Source: an uncultured Candidatus Saccharibacteria bacterium
GTDB lineage: Bacteria; Patescibacteriota; Minisyncoccia; Portnoybacterales; UBA2143
Length of the DNA stretch: 64,000 nt
Assembly: GCA_964596615.1 (NCBI GenBank)
Contig: CAZQUN010000005.1
Coordinates: 3,216 to 67,215, forward strand
Reading direction: 5' to 3'
Shown: positions 46,267 to 55,964 of the stretch, one piece after another
Numbering within the stretch: position 1 is the stretch's first letter
How the letters are laid out: each line of letters begins with the position of its first letter
Position numbers and translations under genes: made by a program
The notes under the pieces: model-generated
Databases searched by the model: none
Told to the model about the DNA's origin: nothing
Seen by the model: the letters and a program-made list of their open reading frames with translations, nothing else

Positions 46267-47052
46267 ATGGAATTTCTAAAATCAGAACATAAGTGCAAGA
46301 ATTTTGACCTTTTAATTAAGGTTTTAGTTGTTTTTCTGATCGTTTTTGCTTTTTCCGGGTTAGTTGGAGCAGTTAATAAAATTAGGGAAAGCAAATACAT
46401 TGGCCAGGACGCCATAATGAAGAATACAATTTCTGTAGCAGGGGAAGGAGAAGTTTACGCCAAGCCCGATTTAGGCATAGTCACTTTTTCAGTTAAAACC
46501 GAAGACAGGGGCGTTTCCGGGGCAATGAAAGAAAACACTGCCCAAATGAATGCCGTTATTGAAGCGGTTAAAAGCGCCGGAATTAACGAAGAAGATTTAA
46601 AGACAATCAATTTCAGTATTCAACCTCACTACGAATACCCCGAGCCAACCAGGAGAAGAATTCTAGTTGGCTATGAGGTTTCCCAGTCGCTTCAGGTTAA
46701 AATCAGAGAATTGGAAAAAGCCGGTCAGATTATTCAGAATGCAACCAATGCCGGAGCAAATCAAGTTGATGATTTGGCCTTTGCTATTGATAATGAAGAA
46801 GAACTTAAAAGCCAGGCCAGGGAAGAAGCAATTAAAGAAGCCAGGGCCAAGGCCAAAGAAATTGCCGAACAATTAGGAGTTAGTTTAGTCAGAATAATTA
46901 ATTTTAATGAGAATACTTATTCTCTAGATGCTTATAAATACATGAGGGCAGAAAGCGGCGGCGGCGGCATTGGCGGAGCCGGTACACCCCAGATTGAAAC
47001 CGGGGAGAATAAGATCGAAAGCAATGTTAATATTGTCTACGAGATTAATTAA
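46267..47052 (+). CDS. SIMPL-domain (DUF541/BP26-like) protein
   Basis: SVAGEGEVYAKPDLGIVTFSVKTEDRGVSGAMKENTAQMNAVIEAVKSAGINEEDLKT matches the SIMPL family N-terminal pattern. Confidence 0.7.
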   Translation: MEFLKSEHKCKNFDLLIKVLVVFLIVFAFSGLVGAVNKIRESKYIGQDAIMKNTISVAGEGEVYAKPDLGIVTFSVKTEDRGVSGAMKENTAQMNAVIEAVKSAGINEEDLKTINFSIQPHYEYPEPTRRRILVGYEVSQSLQVKIRELEKAGQIIQNATNAGANQVDDLAFAIDNEEELKSQAREEAIKEARAKAKEIAEQLGVSLVRIINFNENTYSLDAYKYMRAESGGGGIGGAGTPQIETGENKIESNVNIVYEIN

Positions 47053-47060
47053 TAGATATT

Positions 47061-48674
47061 ATGACTAAAAAAAGAATAATTGTAATTGCCAGCATCTTCA
47101 TTATTATCCTTGGAGGATACTTTGCTATTCAGGGAATTTTTAATGGGGGAACAACTTATTCAACGGTGGCTGTTGAAAAAAGCAATGTTGAAGAAAATGT
47201 TTCTGTTACCGGAACAGTCATTTCCGCTAAAAAAATTGATTTGGAATTTGAAAAAGCCGGTAAAATCAGAAGTATTGCTGTCAAAGTTAGTGACAAAGTT
47301 TCTGCCGGACAAATCTTGGTCAGATTAAATACCTCAGAATTAAGCGCTCAACTTTTAGCCTATCAGGCGGCTTTAGAAGTCGCCCAGGCTAAGCTATCTA
47401 AAGCCCTAGCTGGGACAAGAGAAGAAGATTTACAGATTTACCGGACAGCAGTTGAAAAGGCCCAGGTTGATGTGACTAATAAGGAGAGGGCTTTGGCTGA
47501 TGCCCAAGCTGATGCTGATAATGATTTAGAAGCCGCTTATGAAGATGCCCTTGATTCAGTCAGAACATCATATACCAAGGCTGACCAGGCTCTTTTAATT
47601 ACTTACGCTGATATCAGGGATAGCTATTTCAGCGGGAGCAGCGCTACCGATGTTGGAGTTAGGGATAAAGAAAATGGCGCTAAGCAGGATTTAGCAGTTG
47701 CCGATGCCTATATCGAAGCAGCCGAGCTGGATTCAACGGAGAATAATATTGATACTGCTATTGAAAAAATGCAGTTTGCTCTTTCGTCAATCAGGGACGC
47801 CTTAGCTTATCTTCGTTCAGAAATGGATGATCCAAGTGAATCTTCAATTTCTTCTGCTGATAAAACCAGCGTTGATACTGAGAGAACAACAATTGATACT
47901 GAAATTGTCAGTGTTACCTCAGCCAAGCAGGCCATTTCTTCAACAAAGATTACCAATCAGACCAATATTAACGATGCTCAATCCGATCTTGATACAGCCA
48001 AGACCAGCCTTAAAAAAGCCCAGGATGAATTGGCTTCGGAAGAAGCTGGTCCTCGCCAAGAAGATATTGATTTAGCTCAGGCAGAAGTCAAACAAGCCCA
48101 GGCCAATGTTTTAGAAGCCCAGGCCAAAATTAGTAAATCGATTTTAAGAGCGCCGGTCGCTGGAACAATTACCGCCATAGAAAAAGAAGTTGGCGAAACA
48201 GTCCAGGCTAACACTTTGGTTGTTTCAATGATTAGCCAGGGTAATTTCCAGATTGAAGCCAATGTTTCTGAAACAGAAATTGCCAAGGTCAAATTAGACG
48301 ACGAAGTCGAAATGACTCTTGATGCTCTTGGGCCGGATGAAAAGTTCTCCGGGAAGATAATTAAGATTGACCCGGCGGAAACGGTTGTCTCCGGTGTTAT
48401 CTACTACCAGATTAATTCTGTCTTTGACACTGAGGATGAAAGAATCAGGCCGGGGATGACAGTTAATCTTGATATTAAAACAGATATGAAGGAAAATGTT
48501 TTAGCGATTCCGTTTTTTGTTGTCAAAGAAAAGAACGGAGAAAGGTATGTTGAAATTCTAAAAGACGGTCAAAAAGAAAAGAAAGATATTAAAACCGGAT
48601 TGGAAGGAGAAAACATGGTAGAAGTTATTCAAGGACTTGAGGAGGGTGATGAAGTAATTGTTTCAGAGGAATAA
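47061..48674 (+). CDS. HlyD/MacA-family periplasmic adaptor with a long coiled-coil hairpin
   Basis: N-terminal TM, a biotinyl-lipoyl-like half-domain (VSAGQILVRLNTSEL), a long alpha-hairpin and C-terminal beta-barrel/MP domains. Confidence 0.75.
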   Translation: MTKKRIIVIASIFIIILGGYFAIQGIFNGGTTYSTVAVEKSNVEENVSVTGTVISAKKIDLEFEKAGKIRSIAVKVSDKVSAGQILVRLNTSELSAQLLAYQAALEVAQAKLSKALAGTREEDLQIYRTAVEKAQVDVTNKERALADAQADADNDLEAAYEDALDSVRTSYTKADQALLITYADIRDSYFSGSSATDVGVRDKENGAKQDLAVADAYIEAAELDSTENNIDTAIEKMQFALSSIRDALAYLRSEMDDPSESSISSADKTSVDTERTTIDTEIVSVTSAKQAISSTKITNQTNINDAQSDLDTAKTSLKKAQDELASEEAGPRQEDIDLAQAEVKQAQANVLEAQAKISKSILRAPVAGTITAIEKEVGETVQANTLVVSMISQGNFQIEANVSETEIAKVKLDDEVEMTLDALGPDEKFSGKIIKIDPAETVVSGVIYYQINSVFDTEDERIRPGMTVNLDIKTDMKENVLAIPFFVVKEKNGERYVEILKDGQKEKKDIKTGLEGENMVEVIQGLEEGDEVIVSEE

Positions 48675-49392
48675 GATGCTGATTAAAATTGAAAATCTTA
48701 ATAAGGATTATGTTAATGAGGAATTAGTTACCCCGGCTTTACGCGGGGTTTCTTTTGATATTGAAAAAGGTGAGTTTGCTGCGGTGATGGGTTCTTCCGG
48801 TTCAGGTAAATCAACCCTGATGCATATCATTGGTTTCTTGGATAAATCAACTTCAGGGACATATTTTTTTGAAAAAGAGGATACCAGTCAATTTGACGAC
48901 AACAAACTAGCAGAGATTAGAAATGAAAAAATCGGTTTTGTCTTCCAATTCTATAACCTCCTCCCCCGGACTTCTGTTCTGGATAATGTTCTTTTGCCAA
49001 CTATTTACACGCCTAATCTTGATAAATCAAAAGCAGAAGCCATGGCTAGAAAACTTCTTGAAGAAGTTGGCCTGAGTCATCGAATAAGTCACCGGCCGAA
49101 TCAACTTTCCGGCGGTGAACAGCAAAGAGTCGCCATTGTCCGGGCTTTAATAAACAAACCTCGCCTTATCCTGGCTGACGAACCAACCGGCAATCTTGAC
49201 AGTAAATCAGGCCAGGAGGTTATTGAAATTCTTCAACGACTCAACCGGGAAGGCAATACTATTCTGATGGTTACTCATGAAAAGGAAGTCGCTGAATGCG
49301 CCCGCCGGATTATTGAATTCAAAGATGGCTCAGTTATTTCCGACAGAAAAGTTGAAAACCAGCGCCGGGCAGAAGATGGAATAGTTAAATAA
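48658..49392 (+). CDS. ABC transporter ATP-binding protein (MacB/LolD-type)
   Basis: Walker [11 protein letters not shown]-loop, signature [11 protein letters not shown] and Walker [12 protein letters not shown]. Confidence 0.9.
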   Translation: MFQRNKMLIKIENLNKDYVNEELVTPALRGVSFDIEKGEFAAVMGSSGSGKSTLMHIIGFLDKSTSGTYFFEKEDTSQFDDNKLAEIRNEKIGFVFQFYNLLPRTSVLDNVLLPTIYTPNLDKSKAEAMARKLLEEVGLSHRISHRPNQLSGGEQQRVAIVRALINKPRLILADEPTGNLDSKSGQEVIEILQRLNREGNTILMVTHEKEVAECARRIIEFKDGSVISDRKVENQRRAEDGIVK

Positions 49393-49394
49393 CT

Positions 49395-50627
49395 ATGTAT
49401 TTATTCAATGCATTAAAACTGTCTTTAAGAAATTTGACCTTGCAGAGGAGCAGGTCTTTTTTGACTATGCTCGGAATCATTATTGGCGTTGCTGCCGTTA
49501 TTTCAATCATTGCGGTTGGAGCCAGCGCCCAGGATTTGCTTTTGGCTCAAGTGCGAGCAATGGGAAGCAACTTAGTCGGGATTTTGCCCGGAGCAAGCGA
49601 TGAATCTGGCCCGCCGGCCAGTGTTTTAGGCATTGAAGTTACAACTCTGAAATATGAGGATGCCCTGGCTTTGGAAAAGATTCCTCAAATTGAAGCTGTT
49701 GCTGCCTATTCAAAAGGACGGGGGACAATGAGTTTTTTCAATAAATCAAATGATTTTGACTACACCGGGGTAACGCCGAGTTATCCCAATGTTGAGGACA
49801 CCGAACTGGAATCAGGCCGTTTTTTCAGACAGGAAGAAGTTGATAGTTTGGCCCGGGTAGTTGTTTTAGGCAGTAAGGTTAGAGAGGAACTTTTTGGCCA
49901 AAATGACCCAATGGACGAAAGGATAAAAATTAATCAGATTAGTTTTAAGGTTATTGGAGTAATGAAGGAGAGAGGTTCAGCCGCTTTCCAAAACCAGGAT
50001 GAACAGGTCTTTATTCCTTTAAAAACAGCGCAGAAGATAATGCTGGGGGTGGACCACCTTGCTTTTATCCGAGCTAAAGTAGACCAGACCAAAAACATTG
50101 ATTTAGTCATTCCCCAGATTAAAAGTATTCTTCGCTTCCGCCATAATATTAAAGATTCAACCAAAGACGATTTTTCTGTCAGAAGCACTGACCAGGCCCT
50201 TGATTTGCTTGGTTCAATTACCCAGGCCTTAAAAGTATTTTTAGGTATGGTCGCCGCCATTTCCTTAATAGTTGGTGGTATCGGCATTATGAATATTATG
50301 TTTGTTGCTGTTAATGAAAGAACCAAGGAGATTGGTCTGCGAAAAGCAATTGGTGCCAAACGAAAAGATATTCTGATCCAGTTTTTAATTGAAAGCGCAA
50401 CCATGACTTTGATTGGTGGAATTATCGGTATTATTGTCGGTATTATCATTTCTTTTTTAATTTTCGTCGGTGTTAAATATTTCGGTTATGACTGGCGATT
50501 TATTGTTACTCCTTTTTCTGTTTTCGTTTCAACCTTTATGGCCATTGCGGTTGGTTTGATATTTGGACTTTGGCCAGCTAACCGGGCTTCGAAATTAAAC
50601 CCAATTGAAGCTTTAAGATACGAATAA
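49395..50627 (+). CDS. ABC transporter permease, FtsX/MacB-type (4 TM with a large extracytoplasmic domain), copy 1
   Basis: MacB_PCD-like periplasmic domain followed by an FtsX domain (GIGIMNIMFVAVNERTKEIGLRKAIGA). Confidence 0.85.
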   Translation: MYLFNALKLSLRNLTLQRSRSFLTMLGIIIGVAAVISIIAVGASAQDLLLAQVRAMGSNLVGILPGASDESGPPASVLGIEVTTLKYEDALALEKIPQIEAVAAYSKGRGTMSFFNKSNDFDYTGVTPSYPNVEDTELESGRFFRQEEVDSLARVVVLGSKVREELFGQNDPMDERIKINQISFKVIGVMKERGSAAFQNQDEQVFIPLKTAQKIMLGVDHLAFIRAKVDQTKNIDLVIPQIKSILRFRHNIKDSTKDDFSVRSTDQALDLLGSITQALKVFLGMVAAISLIVGGIGIMNIMFVAVNERTKEIGLRKAIGAKRKDILIQFLIESATMTLIGGIIGIIVGIIISFLIFVGVKYFGYDWRFIVTPFSVFVSTFMAIAVGLIFGLWPANRASKLNPIEALRYE

Positions 50628-50628
50628 A

Positions 50629-51891
50629 ATGAATTTATCTTCAATCCTAAAACAATCCATTATTGCCCTCAAAGCCAACAAGCTCCGGAGTATTTTTTCC
50701 ATTCTTGGAATTGTCATTGGCGTTTCAGCCGTTGTCATTATTCTTTCCCTTGGACAGGGGTTAAAGGGATTAGTCACTAATGAAGTTGAATCCTTTGGTT
50801 CTAATATTTTAGCGATTAATGTTAAGATTCCCGGGGCCGGCCAGATAGGAACTCTTTTTTCAACTGCCCAGGGAATTAAAATCACCACCCTGAGATTAAA
50901 GGATGTCCAGGACCTTCAAAACAGAGAAAATTTTCCCTACATTGAAGCTGTTACCGGGCAGGTCTTTGGCCAGGAATGGGTTAGTTACGGCAACAAGGAT
51001 AAAAAAGTCCTTCTTTACGGCGGTAGTCCTGATTTCCCGCAAATATTCAGAACTCTTAAAACGGAAAGCGGCCGGTATTTGAATAAGAATGAAGATGATA
51101 GTTTAGCTAAAGTAACAGTTTTAGGGAATAATCTGAAAGAAAAACTTTTTGGCCAAACCGATCCAATCGGCAAAAAGATAAAGTTGAATGGAATAAATTT
51201 TAAGGTCATCGGTGTTTTTGAGCCTTACGGCGGAATGTCTTTTGGCGGAATTGATATTAACGACTTTATGTATATTCCTCTCCAGACCGCCTTAAAAGAA
51301 GTTTTAGGCATTGACTATTTATCAGAAGTTGATGTTGTTGTTAAAGATGAATCATATTTCCCGCGAGCCATCAGCGACATTTCAAGATTACTTCGGAAGA
51401 ATCATAATATTAAGGATCCGGAAAAGGATGACTTCCAGATTACAACCATGACCGAGGTTATTGAACAGGTTAATGAAGTTAGTGTTATTCTAAATCTTTT
51501 ACTCGGATTCTTAGCGGCGATCTCGCTTTTAGTTGGCGGAATTGGTATTATGAATATTATGCTTGTTTCCGTCAGTGAAAGAACGAGGGAGATTGGTTTA
51601 AGAAAGGCATTAGGAGCAACAAACAAGGGGATTTTGTATCAATTTCTAATTGAGGCCATGGTTATTACCGGCCTGGGCGGAATCATCGGCATTATTATCG
51701 GAGTATTTAATTCACTGCTGACCAGTATTATTATTAGAACCCAGGGATTGCCTGGTTGGCCGATAACCATTTCCTGGTTGGCGATTATCGTGGCTTTTCT
51801 GGTTTCAATGGCGATTGGTTTAATCTTCGGGATTTACCCGGCTAGAAAAGCGTCTCAATTAAATCCAATCGAGGCGCTTAGGAAAGAATAA
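50629..51891 (+). CDS. ABC transporter permease, FtsX/MacB-type, copy 2
   Basis: Paralogous to the previous gene (GIGIMNIMLVSVSERTREIGLRKALGA). Confidence 0.85.
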   Translation: MNLSSILKQSIIALKANKLRSIFSILGIVIGVSAVVIILSLGQGLKGLVTNEVESFGSNILAINVKIPGAGQIGTLFSTAQGIKITTLRLKDVQDLQNRENFPYIEAVTGQVFGQEWVSYGNKDKKVLLYGGSPDFPQIFRTLKTESGRYLNKNEDDSLAKVTVLGNNLKEKLFGQTDPIGKKIKLNGINFKVIGVFEPYGGMSFGGIDINDFMYIPLQTALKEVLGIDYLSEVDVVVKDESYFPRAISDISRLLRKNHNIKDPEKDDFQITTMTEVIEQVNEVSVILNLLLGFLAAISLLVGGIGIMNIMLVSVSERTREIGLRKALGATNKGILYQFLIEAMVITGLGGIIGIIIGVFNSLLTSIIIRTQGLPGWPITISWLAIIVAFLVSMAIGLIFGIYPARKASQLNPIEALRKE

Positions 51892-51917
51892 GGACTTTAA
51901 AAACAAGGAGGGACGAG

Positions 51918-52394
51918 ATGAAAAAGAGATTTTTAATCATGGTTTTGCTGGTAGCTTTTCTGGTTCCGAGTTGTAGTTGGTTCTGGAGTATATTGCGGCC
52001 AACAGAGGGACCGGAATTTGCGGAAGAAGTTGGAAAAAAGCTCTTTACCTGTAAGGATTGGAGGACAGGCAAGGACAGGCCCATCTCAAAAGAATGGGGT
52101 TACAAAGTGCTGGCTTACGGAAAAGGAGAGTTTAACGGAAAGAAAATCAATTGGGCTGCCTACCATATTAAAAGAGCGGGGCGGAGCCAGTTGAATGTTT
52201 TTCTGAATCGAAGGATTCCCCAAGAGGAAATACGGGAGCTTATGGAAAAGGAAGAAGGGGAAACATTGTATCTTATGGGATACCCGAGTATCCCAAAATC
52301 TACCCTTATTACCTTTAAAACAGATCAACTACCAAAAGCAATTGAAGAAATGGAGAGAAGGGGAATCACTTTAGAGGTTATTGAGCTAATCTGA
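51918..52394 (+). CDS. Putative lipoprotein (lipobox LVPSC)
   Basis: Signal peptide ending FLVPSC. 158 aa. Confidence 0.5.
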   Translation: MKKRFLIMVLLVAFLVPSCSWFWSILRPTEGPEFAEEVGKKLFTCKDWRTGKDRPISKEWGYKVLAYGKGEFNGKKINWAAYHIKRAGRSQLNVFLNRRIPQEEIRELMEKEEGETLYLMGYPSIPKSTLITFKTDQLPKAIEEMERRGITLEVIELI

Positions 52395-52469
52395 TAAAGT
52401 GACTAAAGTACTTCGGACCATAAAGCAGGCGCTCAGAAAGGGCGCCCGCTTTTTATTTCCCAGAAGACC

Positions 52470-52498
52470 TTGACAAACAGAAGTTATGGGTATATACT
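52470..52498 (+). promoter_or_regulatory. Near-consensus sigma70 promoter TTGACA-17-TATACT
   Basis: Direct reading. Followed by a 5' UTR hairpin gcggttg...cagccgc and the DUF5320 gene. Confidence 0.55.
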
Positions 52499-52565
52499 CA
52501 AAATATAAAGAGGCGGTTGGGGAATAAAGGTCGCAGCCGCTGGTAAAAAACAAGGGGATAAAAAT

Positions 52566-52799
52566 ATGCCTAAATTAGATAAAACTGGTCCTTTGGGCTA
52601 CGGTCCTTTAACTGGCTGGGGATTAGGCCCTTGCGGTCAAGGTCTCGGCCTAAAAAGAGGATATGGATACGGCAGAGGATTTGGCCGTCCCTGGACAAGA
52701 AGCGAAATGCTCAAAGCCCTCAAAGGAGAAAAAGAAATCTTAAAAGAAGAATTAACTGAAATTGACGAGGAAATCAAAAGCCTAGGAAACCAGAAATAA
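52566..52799 (+). CDS. DUF5320-like Gly/Arg-rich small protein with a C-terminal coiled coil
   Basis: GYGPLTGWGLGPCGQGLGLKRGYGYGRGFGRPW followed by a helical tail. Flanked by a promoter and a hairpin. Confidence 0.5.
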   Translation: MPKLDKTGPLGYGPLTGWGLGPCGQGLGLKRGYGYGRGFGRPWTRSEMLKALKGEKEILKEELTEIDEEIKSLGNQK

Positions 52800-52848
52800 G
52801 GAAAGGCCCGCTCTTTCAAAGGGCGGGCTTTCCTGATATATTATCTCT

Positions 52849-53439
52849 ATGGAGAAAAGAACCGAGAAACTCATAAAAATAAGGGACGAGGTTATTAAAT
52901 GCCAGAAATGTTCCTTGTCTAAGACAAGGACCCTGCCTGTTATTGGACAGGGCAGTCATCAGGCAAATATCATCTTTATTGGCGAAGGGCCCGGATTTAA
53001 TGAAGATAAAACCGGCGTTTCTTTTTGCGGACAAGCCGGAAATATTTTGGACGAGCTTTTTGACTCGAGTAAATACCAGAGAAAAGATGCCTATATCTGT
53101 AACATCCTGAAATGCCGGCCGCCTAATAATCGGGATCCGGGAAAGAATGAAATTGAGGCCTGTACACCGTATTTAGAAAAACAGATTAAAATTATTCAGC
53201 CAAAAGTAATTGCGACTATGGGCAATTACGCCACGAACTTTATCCTTGAAAAATATGGATTAAAGGATAAAATAGAAGGCATTAGTAGAATTCACGGAAA
53301 AGTTTTTCAGGCCGAAAAAGTAAAAATTATTCCTCTTTATCATCCAGCCGTGGCGGTATACAATGCTAATATGAAAGAAACTCTTAAAAAGGATTTTAAG
53401 ATATTAAAAAAATGGTTAGACCAAGAAAAAGGAGATTAA
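52849..53439 (+). CDS. Uracil-DNA glycosylase, family 4 (Fe-S UDG)
   Basis: CQKCSL, GEGPGFNEDKTG (the GE[AG]PG motif) and C-x2-C in ICNILKCRPP. HPAV near the C-terminus. Confidence 0.85.
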   Translation: MEKRTEKLIKIRDEVIKCQKCSLSKTRTLPVIGQGSHQANIIFIGEGPGFNEDKTGVSFCGQAGNILDELFDSSKYQRKDAYICNILKCRPPNNRDPGKNEIEACTPYLEKQIKIIQPKVIATMGNYATNFILEKYGLKDKIEGISRIHGKVFQAEKVKIIPLYHPAVAVYNANMKETLKKDFKILKKWLDQEKGD

Positions 53440-53690
53440 TCAGATTTAATCCTAATGTGACATATTTTAAACCAAGAGCTGTTCCTCTTTGTAATCTAAA
53501 AGAGGTTAGTTTGGATTCCGATGAACTAGAGGTTATTCGGCATTGTGATTTTGAGGGATTGGACCAAATTGAAGCAGCCGAGAAAATGAAGATTTCCCAG
53601 AGCACGCTTCAAAGGACTTTAGAAAAAGCCCGTCAAAAAATTGCCGAAGCCTTAATTAAAGGAAAAGCGATTAAGATAAATGAGAAATAG
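53412..53690 (+). CDS. DUF134/UPF0251-family putative DNA-binding protein
   Basis: The N-terminus RPRKRRLIRFNPNVTYFKP is the family hallmark. C-terminal HTH-like segment (MKISQSTLQRTLEKARQKIAEAL). Confidence 0.8.
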   Translation: MVRPRKRRLIRFNPNVTYFKPRAVPLCNLKEVSLDSDELEVIRHCDFEGLDQIEAAEKMKISQSTLQRTLEKARQKIAEALIKGKAIKINEK

Positions 53691-54768
53691 GAAAAAAGTA
53701 GTTGTTGGTCTTTCAGGCGGAGTTGACTCTTCCGTTTCTTTGTTATGCCTCAAAAAACAAGGGTATCAACCAATCGGGGTTTCTTTCAAATATGCTGTCT
53801 GGAAAAACAAGAAAAACAAACTTAAAGAAAATATCTGCTGTTCTGAAAAATCATTTGCCATTGCCAGAGAAATTTGTCAGAAATTAGATGTTGAATATCA
53901 TATTATTGATGATACCATTGATTTCAAAGATGAAGTCATTGGCTATTTTCTTAAAACCTTAAAAGATAAAAAAACGCCTAATCCCTGTTTAATCTGTAAT
54001 CGCTTTGTTAAGTTTGATAAGTTAATAAAGTTTGCTCATAAAATGGATGCTCAATATATTGCTACTGGTCATTATGCTCGGGTAAAAAAACAGGGCAATT
54101 CATACCAACTCTTAAAAGCAAAAGATAAAACCAAAGACCAAAGCTATTTCCTAGCTCTTTTAGGACAAAAAGAATTATCAAGAGTAATTTTCCCACTAGG
54201 GGAATATACCAAGGATAAAGTTTATCAAATTGCTAAAAAAGAGGGCTTTGATGTTTTTGAAAAAACCAAACAAAGCCAGGACCTATGCTTTGTTGCTTCC
54301 CAATCAATCCCATTCTTTTTAGAGGATAAACTTGGATTGGAACCGGGAAGAATTGTTGATACTGATAACAATGTTTTAGGCGAACATAAAGGTTTGTATT
54401 TTTATACCATTGGTCAGAGAAAAGGATTAAATCTTTCCAATGGCCCTTGGTATATAATTGGCTTTGATAAAAAAAGAAATTGGCTTATAATATCCAATAA
54501 GGAGAAGGATCCGAATCTTTACAAAAAAGAAATTATTCTTTCTGATTTCAGTTTTGTTTCTAGTCAGATACCAGAGAAAGAAATTAAAGTTAAAGCCAAA
54601 ACCAGATTCAGCCAAAAGCCAGATTCAGCTAAAATCTATCCTCCTAAAAAGAAAGAATTAAAATTAATTTTTGAAAAATTACAAAAAGCGATTACTCCTG
54701 GCCAATGGGCAGTTTTTTATCAAAAAGATGTCTGTTTGGGCGGGGGAATAATTAAATTGGTGAAATAA
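53680..54768 (+). CDS. mnmA: tRNA-specific 2-thiouridylase MnmA
   Basis: PP-loop VVVGLSGGVDSSV. Catalytic Cys region CLICNRFVKF. C-terminal beta-barrel. Confidence 0.9.
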   Translation: MRNRKKVVVGLSGGVDSSVSLLCLKKQGYQPIGVSFKYAVWKNKKNKLKENICCSEKSFAIAREICQKLDVEYHIIDDTIDFKDEVIGYFLKTLKDKKTPNPCLICNRFVKFDKLIKFAHKMDAQYIATGHYARVKKQGNSYQLLKAKDKTKDQSYFLALLGQKELSRVIFPLGEYTKDKVYQIAKKEGFDVFEKTKQSQDLCFVASQSIPFFLEDKLGLEPGRIVDTDNNVLGEHKGLYFYTIGQRKGLNLSNGPWYIIGFDKKRNWLIISNKEKDPNLYKKEIILSDFSFVSSQIPEKEIKVKAKTRFSQKPDSAKIYPPKKKELKLIFEKLQKAITPGQWAVFYQKDVCLGGGIIKLVK

Positions 54769-55886
54769 TGAAAAAAATATTTGGTTTAATTCTAATTTCA
54801 TTCATTTCCTTCGGGCTTTTTAATTTTGCCCTGGCTCAGGAAGAAAACAGAATTGACTATTTCTACGCGAGTGACTGTCCGAATTGTAAAAAAGCCGGTG
54901 CCTTTTTGGATGAACTTGAAGATAAATATCCGGATTTAGAAATCAATCGCTATGAAATTCTATCAAGCCAGGAAAATGTTAGATTATTATTCGAATTTCT
55001 TGAAGCCAGCGGAGACGAAAAAATTATCCAAGTCCCAGCTGTTTTCATTGGCCAAGAATCAATTATCGGATATCTAAATGACGAAACTACCGGCAAAAAG
55101 ATTGAATCTTTAATTAAAGGAAATGACGAGGAAGAAATTATTAAATACCCCCTTATCGGAGAAATTAATCTTTCAAAACTATCTTTGCCGGCTTTAACAG
55201 TTATTGTTGCAGCTTTGGATGGATTTAATCCCTGCGCCATGTGGGTTCTTTTGTTTTTAGTCGCTCTTTTAATCAATGTTAAATCAAGGAAAAAAATGTG
55301 GTTGGTCGGCGGAACTTTTATTGCCGCTTCCGGAATTGTCTATTTCCTTCTGTTATCCGCCTGGCTTAATCTGTTTTTAGCTATTAGCTATATTAGTCTA
55401 ACCAGAATTATTATCGGAATTTTAGCAATTGGGGTTGGAATCTGGCAATTAAGAAAATTTACTACTTACCAGCCCGGAGTTTGCGAAGTTGCTCCGGTCG
55501 GAAGCAAATGGCATGAACGATTAACTCAAAAAGCCAAAGAGGTTGTTAATTCGACGGCTTTACCAGCAACATTTCTCGGCGTCATATTTTTAGCCTTGGG
55601 AGTTAATTTGGTTGAATTTTTCTGTTCAGCCGGTCTGCCGGCAATTTATACCCGGATATTATCCTTAAACCAATTAAATCCTTTGGGTTATTATCTCTAC
55701 CTCCTTTTATACACTTTCGTCTTTATGCTTGACGACCTGATTATATTCGCCATTGCTATTATCACTCTTTCTAAGATTGGCTTTACTGAGAAGTATAACA
55801 GATGGGCGACTCTGATTGGGGGATTAGTCATTTTACTTCTGGGAATCCTTTTAATTTTCAGACCCGACTTTCTGGCGTTTGGGTGA
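54768..55886 (+). CDS. Thioredoxin/glutaredoxin-fold domain (CPNC) fused to a CcdA/DsbD-like polytopic membrane domain, a putative thiol-disulfide electron transporter
   Basis: YASDCPNCKKAG is a CxxC motif. The membrane part has Cys in two TM helices (GFNPCAMWVLL and EFFCSAGLPAIY), as in CcdA. Confidence 0.5.
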   Translation: MKKIFGLILISFISFGLFNFALAQEENRIDYFYASDCPNCKKAGAFLDELEDKYPDLEINRYEILSSQENVRLLFEFLEASGDEKIIQVPAVFIGQESIIGYLNDETTGKKIESLIKGNDEEEIIKYPLIGEINLSKLSLPALTVIVAALDGFNPCAMWVLLFLVALLINVKSRKKMWLVGGTFIAASGIVYFLLLSAWLNLFLAISYISLTRIIIGILAIGVGIWQLRKFTTYQPGVCEVAPVGSKWHERLTQKAKEVVNSTALPATFLGVIFLALGVNLVEFFCSAGLPAIYTRILSLNQLNPLGYYLYLLLYTFVFMLDDLIIFAIAIITLSKIGFTEKYNRWATLIGGLVILLLGILLIFRPDFLAFG

Positions 55887-55888
55887 TG

Positions 55889-55917
55889 TTGACAAAACAT
55901 TTTTTGATGGTTATAAT
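55889..55917 (+). promoter_or_regulatory. Perfect consensus sigma70 promoter TTGACA-17-TATAAT
   Basis: Direct reading. A strong RBS aaaggaggt lies 7 nt before the ATG at 55965. Confidence 0.6.
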
Positions 55918-55964
55918 CCCCAGTAATTTTAAAGTAACCATAAAACCTAAAGGAGGTAGAACAA

